Assembly: GCA_041739995.1 (NCBI GenBank)
Contig: JBGSMV010000025.1
Location: 1 to 55,395 of the forward strand
Direction of reading: 5' to 3'
Source of the DNA: Bdellovibrionota bacterium
GTDB lineage: Bacteria; Bdellovibrionota_C; UBA2361; JBGSMV01
Length of the DNA: 55,395 nucleotides
The notes under the pieces are model-generated. The model did not search any database. It saw only the letters and a list, made by a program, of their open reading frames with translations, and was not told where the DNA came from. The position numbers and the translations under genes are program-made. Positions 38,224 to 48,000 of the stretch are shown here, piece after piece; position 1 is the stretch's first letter; every line of letters starts with the position of its first letter.

Positions 38224-41200
38224 TTAGCTTTTCGCGTACCGCAGCCGCTCTAGGTAGCCGACCGCAGGTTGCGTATTAATATAGTAGTCGAGCACCTTGT
38301 AGGCGCGATCGGTATCACGCGCCTTGTTAACCGCACTGTGCGGATCTTTTAGGTTCCCGAAAGTAAGTGCCTGCGTTGGGCAACTCTGCACACAAGCCGG
38401 CTGCACTTCGCCGTCTCGAACTGTGCGCCCCTCGTCCTTGGCAGAGTCTCGCGCCTCCGAAATTCGCTGCACACAGAAAGTGCACTTCTCCATGATACCA
38501 ACGGTACGCTTGGTAACATCAGGATTAAGCTGCCAGTTCAAAGTGTCGGGGAACTCGTAGTCATACCAGTTGTAGCGGCGCACTTTGTACGTACAGTTAT
38601 TCGAGCAATAACGCGTGCCTACACAACGGTTGTAAACCATTGCGTTAAGTCCCTCTTCATTGTGATAGGTCGCATACACTGGGCACACAGGTTCGCATGG
38701 CGCATTGTGACAATGCTGGCACATCATCGGAACGAAGCTAACGCTAAGTTCTTCTGGCGGGGGAATATCTTCTTTGTTGGTGAAGGTGCCGTTGTCGTAA
38801 TAACGCTCAATGCGTAACCACGACATCTCGCGCCCCTCGTAGCATCGCTGCTTACCAACCACTGGAATGTTATTCTCAGCATAGCAAGCCACCACACAGG
38901 CCGAGCAACCTGTACACGCAGCAAGGTCAATAGTCATTCCCCACTCGTAGAGAGGATGCTCTCGCTGCTGATACATCTGCTTCACATCATGAGAGTGCTC
39001 CGCAGCATTGTGCCCCTTGGTCACCAAAGCTCCGTCTGTTCCCTCACTAATTAATCTGGTTCTCGCGAGATCTCGATCGTGCTGAGAATCACTGCCCTGG
39101 GTCTTTACCAACTTCGCTCTACCGGGCGCCTTAAAGGCTTTCGCTCGCGCTGAAACAAGTGCGACCGAGGGTGCAACTGACGCCGCCGCTGCGTCCTTCA
39201 CCGCAGTCTTGGCAATAAGCGTAAGAACATTTCCGGTGTTCACCGACTGGGCGAACCTGCCGTAGCTTCCATGACCCTGTCCAATCGGGATTGCCACCAT
39301 GCCTTCGCTGACATAAGGCGAAACAAGCACCGGAACGTTCACCTCTCCGAAATGATTGCGAACGGTGAGCACATCACCTTGAGCAACGCCAAGTTCCTTT
39401 GCAGTACTTGGATGTAGCTCTCCCCACGAATCCCATACGATTTGGGTAATTGGGTCTGGCAACTCTTGCAGCCAAGGACGATTCGCTGCTCGTCCATCGA
39501 ACGACTTCACCGAAGGATAAGGGAACACCAACACTTCTTTACCAGGAACGGCGTCATGTGCGGCGGGCCCTTTATCGTCATAATGCTCGTCCTTCTTCGC
39601 CTCATGTCCAGTGGCATCAGCAGCCACAAAAGCCACGGACGCAAAAGGAAGCGAGAAGACTGAGCGGTTAACCTGCACTCGCACGCGATCTGCAGGAGCC
39701 ACTTCCGCTTGAGGAAAGAATCCTCCTCTCTCTACGGACTCATTCCAGAACTTCGTAAAATCTCCGGCGACTCCATGTTTACGAGCAATCGCCTTCCAGC
39801 TTTCTTGGAGAAATTCTTTAAAATTCTGCGCGGGCGCATCACTCACCGGCTTACCAGCAGATGCCGCAAGCGAAATGAGCACATCTCCCAATCCGCGAGT
39901 ATTAAACACTGGAGACATCGACGGCTGGGTCAAGCCATACGCGCCCTCGTACATACGAACATCGCCCCACGACTCAAGGCCCGTGTGCGTAGGCAGTACC
40001 AGGTTCGCATTTTGGGTAGTCTCATCGAGATGACTTGAGAAGCTCACCACCAATGGAACATTGCGCAACGCATACTCAAAACCATAGTCAGAAGGCAGGG
40101 TGAAAACGGGATTCGCTCCGTGCACGAAGGCAACGGCGACTGAGCCGTCTTTCATCGCTGAAATCGTGGACTCCATAGATTCCATCGACGTTCCAGGAAT
40201 TCGCATACGGTTCAGATTCACCGTGGTGCCGACGTTCTCAAGAACTGAGTTCAGGAAGTGGCACACCACATGCAAAGAAACCGCGTCTGCGGTTGAGGCA
40301 GCCGCTCCACCGGCAATCACCAGCGATCGCTTCGCCGAGAGAAGATACTGCGCCATCGACAAAATCTTCTCTTCCGAAATACCCGCTTCCGCTGCTGCAG
40401 AACCTGGCGTGACCTTCTCGGTCATTCCAACCAAAGATTGGCGCACATCAGAAGCAAGATTGTTTCCACGACCTGAGGCAAGAACAAGCTTCAAGAGCGC
40501 AAGCGCAACTCTGACTTCAGTCCCCGGCTTATTCATCAACCAGTGATCTGCACTCGCTCCCGTGAGCGAAAGTCGCGGCTCAATATGAAACACACGCACT
40601 GGCTTAGCTGATCGACGACTGTCAGCCCACTGTCGCGCAAATTGAACTGGAGAGATCCAAGTCTCAAGGAAGTCGGCCCCGAAATTGACCACTACTTCAG
40701 CGCGGTCAAATGAGTACTCGGGAATTCCATAGACCCCGAACACAAGCTCACTTGCCTTAGCAAGTGCGGTCGGCTGAAGCACGTCATACATCGAGTGAGA
40801 AGCGCCAAATGATTTTGACCACTGAGAAACGAGATCTCCCAAGGCTCCCGACATTTCGCCGGTCACTACTGCGCGGGTTTTGCCTTCAGCCAGGGATTCT
40901 TTAAGTGCCTCGCTTACCTGTGCAAGTGCTTCATCCCATGAAATTGGCTCAAATCGAGCAGTTTCTCCTACTCCGGAGACTCTCTTGAGCGGCTCGCGAA
41001 TTCGATCTGGATCATACAAGCTCTGCAAGGATGCTTGCCCAAGTGCGCACAAGCCTCCTCGGTTGATGGGATTTCTTGGATCTCCTTCGACCTTAACCGC
41101 TCGACCATCTCTGGTACGCACCTGAATACCGCACCCAGCAGTACACTCAGTGCAGGTAGACGCATACCAGGTAGCGACTCCAGGAATCTGTTCCGGCTCA

Positions 41201-41328
41201 CCTCGAACGTATGAGTAAATATTCTGGGTTTTGTCGCTCGCGCAGGAAGCCGCGGTAACCGCAGAGGTAAGCCCGAGGCCCTTCAAAAAACTTCTTCGGT
41301 TGATAGAAACTAGAGGCTCTTGTGACAT
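38224..41328 (-). CDS. actB: Alternative complex III subunit ActB (molybdopterin-oxidoreductase-like domain fused to Fe-S domain), Tat lipoprotein
   Basis: NRRSFLK twin-arginine motif then AASC lipobox; ANRPWLQELPDP; Fe-S motifs CTGCSACVVAC, CQHCHNAPC, CVGTRYCSNNC, EKCTFC. Confidence 0.93.
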   Translation of the reverse strand: MSQEPLVSINRRSFLKGLGLTSAVTAASCASDKTQNIYSYVRGEPEQIPGVATWYASTCTECTAGCGIQVRTRDGRAVKVEGDPRNPINRGGLCALGQASLQSLYDPDRIREPLKRVSGVGETARFEPISWDEALAQVSEALKESLAEGKTRAVVTGEMSGALGDLVSQWSKSFGASHSMYDVLQPTALAKASELVFGVYGIPEYSFDRAEVVVNFGADFLETWISPVQFARQWADSRRSAKPVRVFHIEPRLSLTGASADHWLMNKPGTEVRVALALLKLVLASGRGNNLASDVRQSLVGMTEKVTPGSAAAEAGISEEKILSMAQYLLSAKRSLVIAGGAAASTADAVSLHVVCHFLNSVLENVGTTVNLNRMRIPGTSMESMESTISAMKDGSVAVAFVHGANPVFTLPSDYGFEYALRNVPLVVSFSSHLDETTQNANLVLPTHTGLESWGDVRMYEGAYGLTQPSMSPVFNTRGLGDVLISLAASAGKPVSDAPAQNFKEFLQESWKAIARKHGVAGDFTKFWNESVERGGFFPQAEVAPADRVRVQVNRSVFSLPFASVAFVAADATGHEAKKDEHYDDKGPAAHDAVPGKEVLVFPYPSVKSFDGRAANRPWLQELPDPITQIVWDSWGELHPSTAKELGVAQGDVLTVRNHFGEVNVPVLVSPYVSEGMVAIPIGQGHGSYGRFAQSVNTGNVLTLIAKTAVKDAAAASVAPSVALVSARAKAFKAPGRAKLVKTQGSDSQHDRDLARTRLISEGTDGALVTKGHNAAEHSHDVKQMYQQREHPLYEWGMTIDLAACTGCSACVVACYAENNIPVVGKQRCYEGREMSWLRIERYYDNGTFTNKEDIPPPEELSVSFVPMMCQHCHNAPCEPVCPVYATYHNEEGLNAMVYNRCVGTRYCSNNCTYKVRRYNWYDYEFPDTLNWQLNPDVTKRTVGIMEKCTFCVQRISEARDSAKDEGRTVRDGEVQPACVQSCPTQALTFGNLKDPHSAVNKARDTDRAYKVLDYYINTQPAVGYLERLRYAKS

Positions 41329-41394
41329 GTCTTTCCCGACTAACTAATCTGCCTGAGTTATTGACCCTAAACTGCGCCCACTAAACTGCACATC

Positions 41395-42156
41395 CTAAAG
41401 ATGGCAAGTAGAACAATCTATGCTGGCCCCTTTCATTCTGTGGCAATCCAAGCACCACCCCATCTTCATTGAGCTTACTCGCTCAACCACTTCCATATTC
41501 GGAACCTGTCCGTGACATTCCTGACAGGTCACGCCTGCTTTCACGTGTCGCTTGTGATTGAAATGCACATAGTCTGGTTGCACGTGCACCTTCACCCAAG
41601 GAACTGGTTCTTTGCGCTCCCAATATCCTTCAAGTTTTTTAACCTCAGCGGCACCCTGCAATAGTCGCGACTTTTCGGTCGCATCCGTTGCTTGCTCGCC
41701 TCGGGACTGCAAGGAACCACTGGTCACCGCCTTGTGACAACCCATACAGGTTTCAAGTTCAGGTATTGCGGCGAATGCTGCCTTGGCAACGGAGTGATGA
41801 CAGTACTGACAGTCCATCTTGTTCTGCTGCACATGGGTAATGTGACTAAATCGAATCGGTTGTTCTGGACGATGCCCGCGAGCACGCTGTGGAGGACCGA
41901 AAATTCGGTAGTAATCTATGATGTGCAGATCCCAGAGCGCCGCTTGACCATTGTTATGTACGCCGTCGCGAATACCTAGGTTTTTGTAGGTGCCCATTGG
42001 AGAAGCACCGTAAGCCTCTTCCCCGCTCTGAGCCATCACCGCGCTAGACCCAGGCGACCCCCACCACTCGGTACTACCAAATGGGAACAGCGCGACCAGC
42101 GATATGGTCAAAATAATTAGGATAAGTGTGATCGGTGATTTGAAAGGACGTGCCAT
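41395..42156 (-). CDS. actA: Alternative complex III pentaheme cytochrome c ActA
   Basis: Five CxxCH motifs (CQYCH, CMGCH, CQECH, CLDCH, CSTCH), PEQPIRFSH, FNHKRH; N-terminal TM. Confidence 0.92.
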   Translation of the reverse strand: MARPFKSPITLILIILTISLVALFPFGSTEWWGSPGSSAVMAQSGEEAYGASPMGTYKNLGIRDGVHNNGQAALWDLHIIDYYRIFGPPQRARGHRPEQPIRFSHITHVQQNKMDCQYCHHSVAKAAFAAIPELETCMGCHKAVTSGSLQSRGEQATDATEKSRLLQGAAEVKKLEGYWERKEPVPWVKVHVQPDYVHFNHKRHVKAGVTCQECHGQVPNMEVVERVSSMKMGWCLDCHRMKGASIDCSTCHL

Positions 42157-42380
42157 GCAGTAAACCTTCAGTGCTGTCGAGATGAACAGCGCACTCGGTC
42201 TATAACGGATCTAGAAAGAAAACTAAATCCACAAACAACAGGAGTTTAAGAAGAAATATATTTTCGCCAAATGTTCCTGCCTCATACAGGCGAATTTCGC
42301 TTGGCACCTAGAGCAAGCGCTCGATGGGCGATACAGCTGTTCGACAATTACTCTCGATCTGGAGTAAGTGGAGGAGCATC

Positions 42381-43841
42381 GTGAATAACAAACCTCTACA
42401 AACGATTCCCCTTCTAAAACAGCTTGCTTTCGTAGGGGACAACTGGATAGCGGCGGCTTCTGGGGCTTCACTCTATGTACAAAATCCTGCTACCGCAGAG
42501 CTTGTAGGCTCTGTTCCTAACCTTTGCGAGAAAGAAACATCCCTTGCGATTTCAGCAGCAAGCGAGGCCTTTGAAGGCTGGGCTAAGACGCCGGCAGCTC
42601 AGCGCGGAAGGAAACTTCGTTCTATTCGAGACTTTCTTTTGAGAAACATTAGTGATCTTGCCAAGCTACTTACCTGTGAGCAAGGCAAACCGCTTCGCGA
42701 AGCCGAGAAGGAGATAGAGTACTCGGCCTCTTTCTTTGATTGGTTCTCCGAGGAGGCACGACGCACCTACGGCGAGGTGATTCCAAGCCCCACTAAAGAC
42801 CACCGCATTCTTGTTACTAAAGAGCCCGTAGGAGTCTGCGCGGCGATTACGCCTTGGAATTTCCCCTCAGCAATGGTCGCAAGAAAAATGGCCGCCGCTC
42901 TAGCGGCGGGGTGCACTTTCATCTGCAAACCAGCTTCGGAAACGCCGTTCTCCGCTCTCGCGATTGCTCTTGCCGCTGAACACGCGGGACTCCCTGCAGG
43001 GGTCGTCAATATTATTACCGGTGACCCGGAGCCCATTGCTCATACGCTGCTGGCTGACTCGCGCGTGAGGAAGATTTCGTTCACCGGCTCCACTGAAGTG
43101 GGGAAGCTTCTCATGCAGCAGTCGGCCGCAACCTTAAAGAGACTGACACTCGAATTAGGCGGAAATGCCCCGTTTATCGTCTTTGAAGATGCCAACATCG
43201 AACAAGCTGTTCGCGGAGCAATGTTTGCAAAATATAGAAACGCTGGACAAACCTGCATCGGGATAAACCGCTTTTTCGTACATCAAGATGTCCTAGAACC
43301 ATTCACTGCCGCACTCGCTGCCGCCTCGCGCAAGCTCCACGTGGGCAACGGACTTGACCATGACACCGATATCGGACCACTTATCTCCCGCGAAGCTACC
43401 AAGAAAGTAGCGGAGCTGGTCTCCGAAGCGGTGCAGCAAGGGGCATCACTTCGACTTGGTGGGCTTCCTGATCCTAAAGGGCCCTATATCTATCCGACAA
43501 TTCTCACGCATGTACGGCCTGAGATGAGGATCTGCAGAGAGGAAATTTTTGGGCCGGTGTGCACCATTCAAAGCTTTGCGGACGAGTCGTCAGTTATTGG
43601 GCTCGCCAACAACACCGAATATGGCCTCGCCAGCTACTTCTATACAAAGGACCTGTCGCGTGCAGTTCGGCTCACCGAGGCGCTTCAATACGGCATGGTA
43701 GGAGTCAACAACACCGTTATTTCGTTCACTGAAGCCCCCTTCGGCGGAATAAAATCATCAGGCTTTGGTCGCGAAGGAAGCCACTTCGGAATCGATGAGT
43801 ACTTGAATCTTAAATACAGCGCAGCACAGATCGAGCACTAA
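42381..43841 (+). CDS. gabD: NAD(P)-dependent succinate-semialdehyde dehydrogenase
   Basis: ITPWNFPSAM, FTGSTEVG, LELGGNAP, YRNAGQTC, EEIFGP, GREGS. Start taken at GTG 42381 after GGAGGAG. Confidence 0.85.
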   Translation: MNNKPLQTIPLLKQLAFVGDNWIAAASGASLYVQNPATAELVGSVPNLCEKETSLAISAASEAFEGWAKTPAAQRGRKLRSIRDFLLRNISDLAKLLTCEQGKPLREAEKEIEYSASFFDWFSEEARRTYGEVIPSPTKDHRILVTKEPVGVCAAITPWNFPSAMVARKMAAALAAGCTFICKPASETPFSALAIALAAEHAGLPAGVVNIITGDPEPIAHTLLADSRVRKISFTGSTEVGKLLMQQSAATLKRLTLELGGNAPFIVFEDANIEQAVRGAMFAKYRNAGQTCIGINRFFVHQDVLEPFTAALAAASRKLHVGNGLDHDTDIGPLISREATKKVAELVSEAVQQGASLRLGGLPDPKGPYIYPTILTHVRPEMRICREEIFGPVCTIQSFADESSVIGLANNTEYGLASYFYTKDLSRAVRLTEALQYGMVGVNNTVISFTEAPFGGIKSSGFGREGSHFGIDEYLNLKYSAAQIEH

Positions 43842-44133
43842 GCGCCCGGTGGTGGAATCTAAAGCTTGTATGGCGCGCCGCTACCCTCCTATAGGCATTC
43901 AAGAATCTAGGAGAAATACGTATCTACTGGGTAATCCATGAATAGATCGATCGACTTAATTCAGTTAATTTTCACTCAGAAGCGCTTCTCTTCCTGGGTA
44001 AGACAAGCTTACATTTCTCTCATCTTTTCTGGCCATTAATACGATATTCATCTTGGAAGCTGAAGTGGTTAGCGTTCCCCCCAATTTTTTTAAAGCGCTT
44101 AACCAAATAATCTTGGTATAGTTGAATTCAATC

Positions 44134-44886
44134 ATGGCTGTTCATCAACCAATAAAATTTAACTCGATTATCGCTGACCCGGATGTGCAGACGCGCATGC
44201 GCTTAAAACAAGCGACCTCATCTGTGGGACAGTTTGGAGAGGTCTACCAGAGCACCACTCTCGGCGAAGCCTCAGCAAAGATCGAACAAGAGAAGCACTG
44301 GGACGTTGTTTTCATTTCCAACAAGTTTACCGAAGGCGAAGTGACGGACTTCATTCTACGCGCCAAGCAGCACAAGGGCGGACAAGATGCCGCCTTCATT
44401 CGAGTGCTCAAGAGCAAGGATCAGCAAAATAGCACCATCGCTGCAGGTATGTTGCAAGGCATCGACGGTTTCTTATTCGAGCCCTACTCTGTGGATCAGT
44501 TAGTCGACATCACCACGCTTTCGGCCAAAATCAAAAGCGAACGTTCAGACACCAGACAAAAACTCGCTATGGAGCTGATTCTCTCAGATGTCATAAAGCA
44601 GCTCGACCTCGTTGCGTTCCTTAAGAGCGCCGGATTTGAAGTTACTCGCAGCGCGACACGCCTAAAGGACATGTGCCTTTCACTCCAAGGCGCTTCCTCT
44701 GGCGAGATGCTTGAAGTCTATCACGAAATCGCCATTAAGAATTTCGGCGAAGCGCCGCTTCCAAAGCCAATGTTTCAAGCCAAACAGTACGCAGGCGTTA
44801 GTTCTCGCGTTAAAAAGAAGATGGAAGAGAAGCTCATCCAAGAAGTCGAGAAAGAGATGCGCAGCAACGTTGACCTGAAGCTTTAG
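44134..44886 (+). CDS. Atypical (pseudo-)receiver domain protein with a helical C-terminal extension
   Basis: CheY-like pattern IIADPD...WDVVFIS...GIDGFLFEPYSVDQL. Ser stands at the expected phosphoacceptor Asp and EP replaces KP. Confidence 0.6.
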   Translation: MAVHQPIKFNSIIADPDVQTRMRLKQATSSVGQFGEVYQSTTLGEASAKIEQEKHWDVVFISNKFTEGEVTDFILRAKQHKGGQDAAFIRVLKSKDQQNSTIAAGMLQGIDGFLFEPYSVDQLVDITTLSAKIKSERSDTRQKLAMELILSDVIKQLDLVAFLKSAGFEVTRSATRLKDMCLSLQGASSGEMLEVYHEIAIKNFGEAPLPKPMFQAKQYAGVSSRVKKKMEEKLIQEVEKEMRSNVDLKL

Positions 44887-45087
44887 GCCGAACGTTTCTC
44901 ACTGATAGAGCCCTCCATTTTTTCGGCACTTCCTTCCCAAATTACATTAATACCGTTTGAACCTCGACGCCGCATCGCGGTATCGTCTATTCCGCAATTT
45001 TGAAGATTTCGCACTTAGTGCTCCGTAGCGCTCAAGACCCTAGGTCGCCACTAATCGTTCATAGTGCAATTTTTACAGGACCGTACG

Positions 45088-48000
45088 ATGTTCGCGCTTC
45101 ATTTCCCCAACCATTATTCCAAAATTTTCCGGATAGTTTCTTCACTTACGGCCTACCTCCTGCTCTTTGTTCTATCATTGTGGTCACTCGGGCACAGTCA
45201 AGCAGGTGCGGAGGAGGAACGTGACGCGAACATTCAACAGTCTTCGAGTCCGACCTCAGCAGTTCGGCAACAAGTGGAGCTTTCTCAATTCACGCCGCTC
45301 GGCGTAGCCACTGAAGTGCGACAAGTGCGCGCAGCATTCTCGACTGACGTGGTACCGTTTGCCGACCCTCGCATGAACACCGATATTTTTTCGGTACACT
45401 GCAGCGGCGACACGAAAGCACCGCAGGGCACAGCCCGCTGGGCAGACTCGCAAAACTGGGTGTATGACTTTTCCTCGGATCTAAAGGCCGGAGTTCAGTG
45501 TGAGTTTCATCTCGATCCCAATTTCATCACACCTAGTGGCAGTCCCATTAAACTCTCTCCCTCACTACCTACGGCACTCGCCTTTTCGACCGGAGGCCCC
45601 ATTGTCACTCGCGTCTTCCCATGGGCTGGCGACACTATCTCTGAAGACCAAGCCTTTATTTTAAAACTCAACGGTGACTTTGATCTGCGTAGTGTGCTCA
45701 AAGAAGTCTTCCTGAGTTCAGAGTCGGTAGAAAATCGCATCTCTATTAAATTGATAGAGGGGGAGGAAAAAGATGCCTTACTCAAATCAGAAGTATTCGA
45801 CCTTGAGGAAATCAAATCAAACACGTTCGCCATAGTTCAGCCCAAGCAAAAACTAGCACCTGGTAGTAAAGTAAATCTTGTATGGGGGAAGAATGTTGCC
45901 ACTCCAGACGGCGTTACCTCGGAAATCGACCAGGTCTTTTCCTTTTACGTCCGAACAGGTTTTGAACTTTCAGTCATCTGCGAGCGCACTCATGCAGGCG
46001 CTGGCTGCAACCCACTTCGACCCGTTCGACTTGGATTTTCAAGCCCGGCTGAGGCGTCCAAGGTGCAACAAATTCGCCTGAAAACGAGCGCTGGGGCCAC
46101 CCTGATTCCCGACACTTCAGACGATAGCAAAGAGCCCTATGTGCACTCGCTCTCCTTTGCGGGGCCATTCGAGCCAAAGACTACGCTCACCGTTGAACTA
46201 CCTTCAGGAATCGAGGACGATTCTGGTCGAGACCTTGAGCCCACCACCGAGGCTCTTCTCACAGTTGATTTTGACGATTATCCGCCGCTCATTAAATTTG
46301 CGGCACCCTTTGCCCTTGTCGAATGGGATGCACAAGGGTCGACGCCAAAAGCTGCTATTCCTGTAACCGTCCGAGATGTCGAACCAGAACTACTCACGAG
46401 ACTGCTGGATCAAAATGGAATCGCACGCTACATGCGTTCCGGAGTTCAGTCTATTCCGCTACGCATGGCGAGAGTTCAAGCAATTCCAGAAATGCAACGC
46501 TTGTTACAGCGAAGCCGCTGGGAGTCCCACTACGAATCTATTTTCCTTGAAGAAGACTCAGAGCAGGAGGCTAAACTTCCTTCACCAGAACTTGATATTA
46601 GCGAGCAGCGCATCCCTCGCCCTCATGCGGGAAAAGCATTCGAGGTAATGGGCATACCAGTCAACAAACCAGGCTTCTACGTAATCGAAGTTGAGAGCCC
46701 TAAGCTTGCTGATGCGTATCGCCCCAAGGGGAATCGCTTCTTTGTGCGAAGCTCCGCTCTCGTTACTAACCTGGCCGTGCACTTTCGTTGGGGCAAAGAG
46801 CGTTCGCTCGCCTGGGTTACTGCTATTAATTCTGGCACTCCAGTCCCTGGAGCCCAGCTCAGCGCCACGGATTGCAACGGAGAAGTTTTGTGGCAAGGAG
46901 TTTCAGACAAACAAGGTCTGGCCTTTCCTACCAACCTTCCTGCGCCAACCGAGTACGACTCGGAGTGCCGAAACACCAGCGGAGTTTATCTCTCCGCAAC
47001 ACTCGGGGAGGACTTCTCTTTCACCTCATCGACTTGGGACGATGGCATAGAGCCATGGCGCTTTGGCGTACCTGTTGATTACAGCACCTCAAGCGAAGTG
47101 GCTCACACAGTATTCTCTGAGAACCTCATTCGACGGGGGAAAACAGTTTACATGAAACATTACCTGCGGCTACGAGGTGGTGCTGGTCTTCAAGCACTGC
47201 CGGCTTCCCGCCGACCTGCCCTTGCGATCATCAAGCATCAAGGAAGCGACGAAACGGTCGAGATGCCGCTTCGATGGAATTCCAATGGCACCTCCGAAAC
47301 TTCTTGGATAGTTCCCACTGGAGCAAAACTTGGCACCTACGCCGTCAGTCTTCGTCTGTCGGAGAAACCAAACATTGAGTGGCGATCAGGGAGTTTCCGC
47401 GTTGACGATTTTAAAGTTCCTCTAATGGTCGCTCGCGTCAAATCTCCGAGCGGAATCCAGGTCACACCCACTGCGCTACCCTTTGAATTCTCGCTGGGGT
47501 ACTTAGCAGGCGGCTCGGCTTCAAACCTCCCGATTCTCGCGCGCTATAGTTACGACCGATTGTTCGTCTCTATGGGTGAAGACTTTCAGGGATACTCATT
47601 TCTCACTGGAGCAGTGAAAGAAGGAATTTTTAGATCAGACCAAGAAGAAGACGAGTTCTCAACCCCGCAATCATACGAGTCCGCGGAACTGCCTAAAGGC
47701 GTCACTCGTAAAGAGCTCACACTCGACTCGAATGGCACAGGAAGCCTGCTTGTCCCGCCGCTTGCTTCGCATGGAACTCCCTATCAGGCAACCACTGAGC
47801 TTGAGTACCGAGATCCGAACGGTGAAATTCAAACCAATCGGGCCTCTGCTAGCGTGTGGCCTTCAGATATTGCCCTTGGCATAAAGTCGCTCGGTTGGAC
47901 CGGCAACCCCGGTCGCATCGCGATAGAAGTCATCGCTCTTTCAAAAGACGGCGCACCTTTGAAGGGCAGTGCCGTCTCTGTTTCTTTGTTTCAGTCCAAG

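Noticed and set aside
34222..42156. Qrc complex or polysulfide reductase instead of ACIII
   Set aside because: The DUF3341 gene, monoheme cytochrome and second NrfD-like gene in A-B-C-D-E-F order define ACIII.
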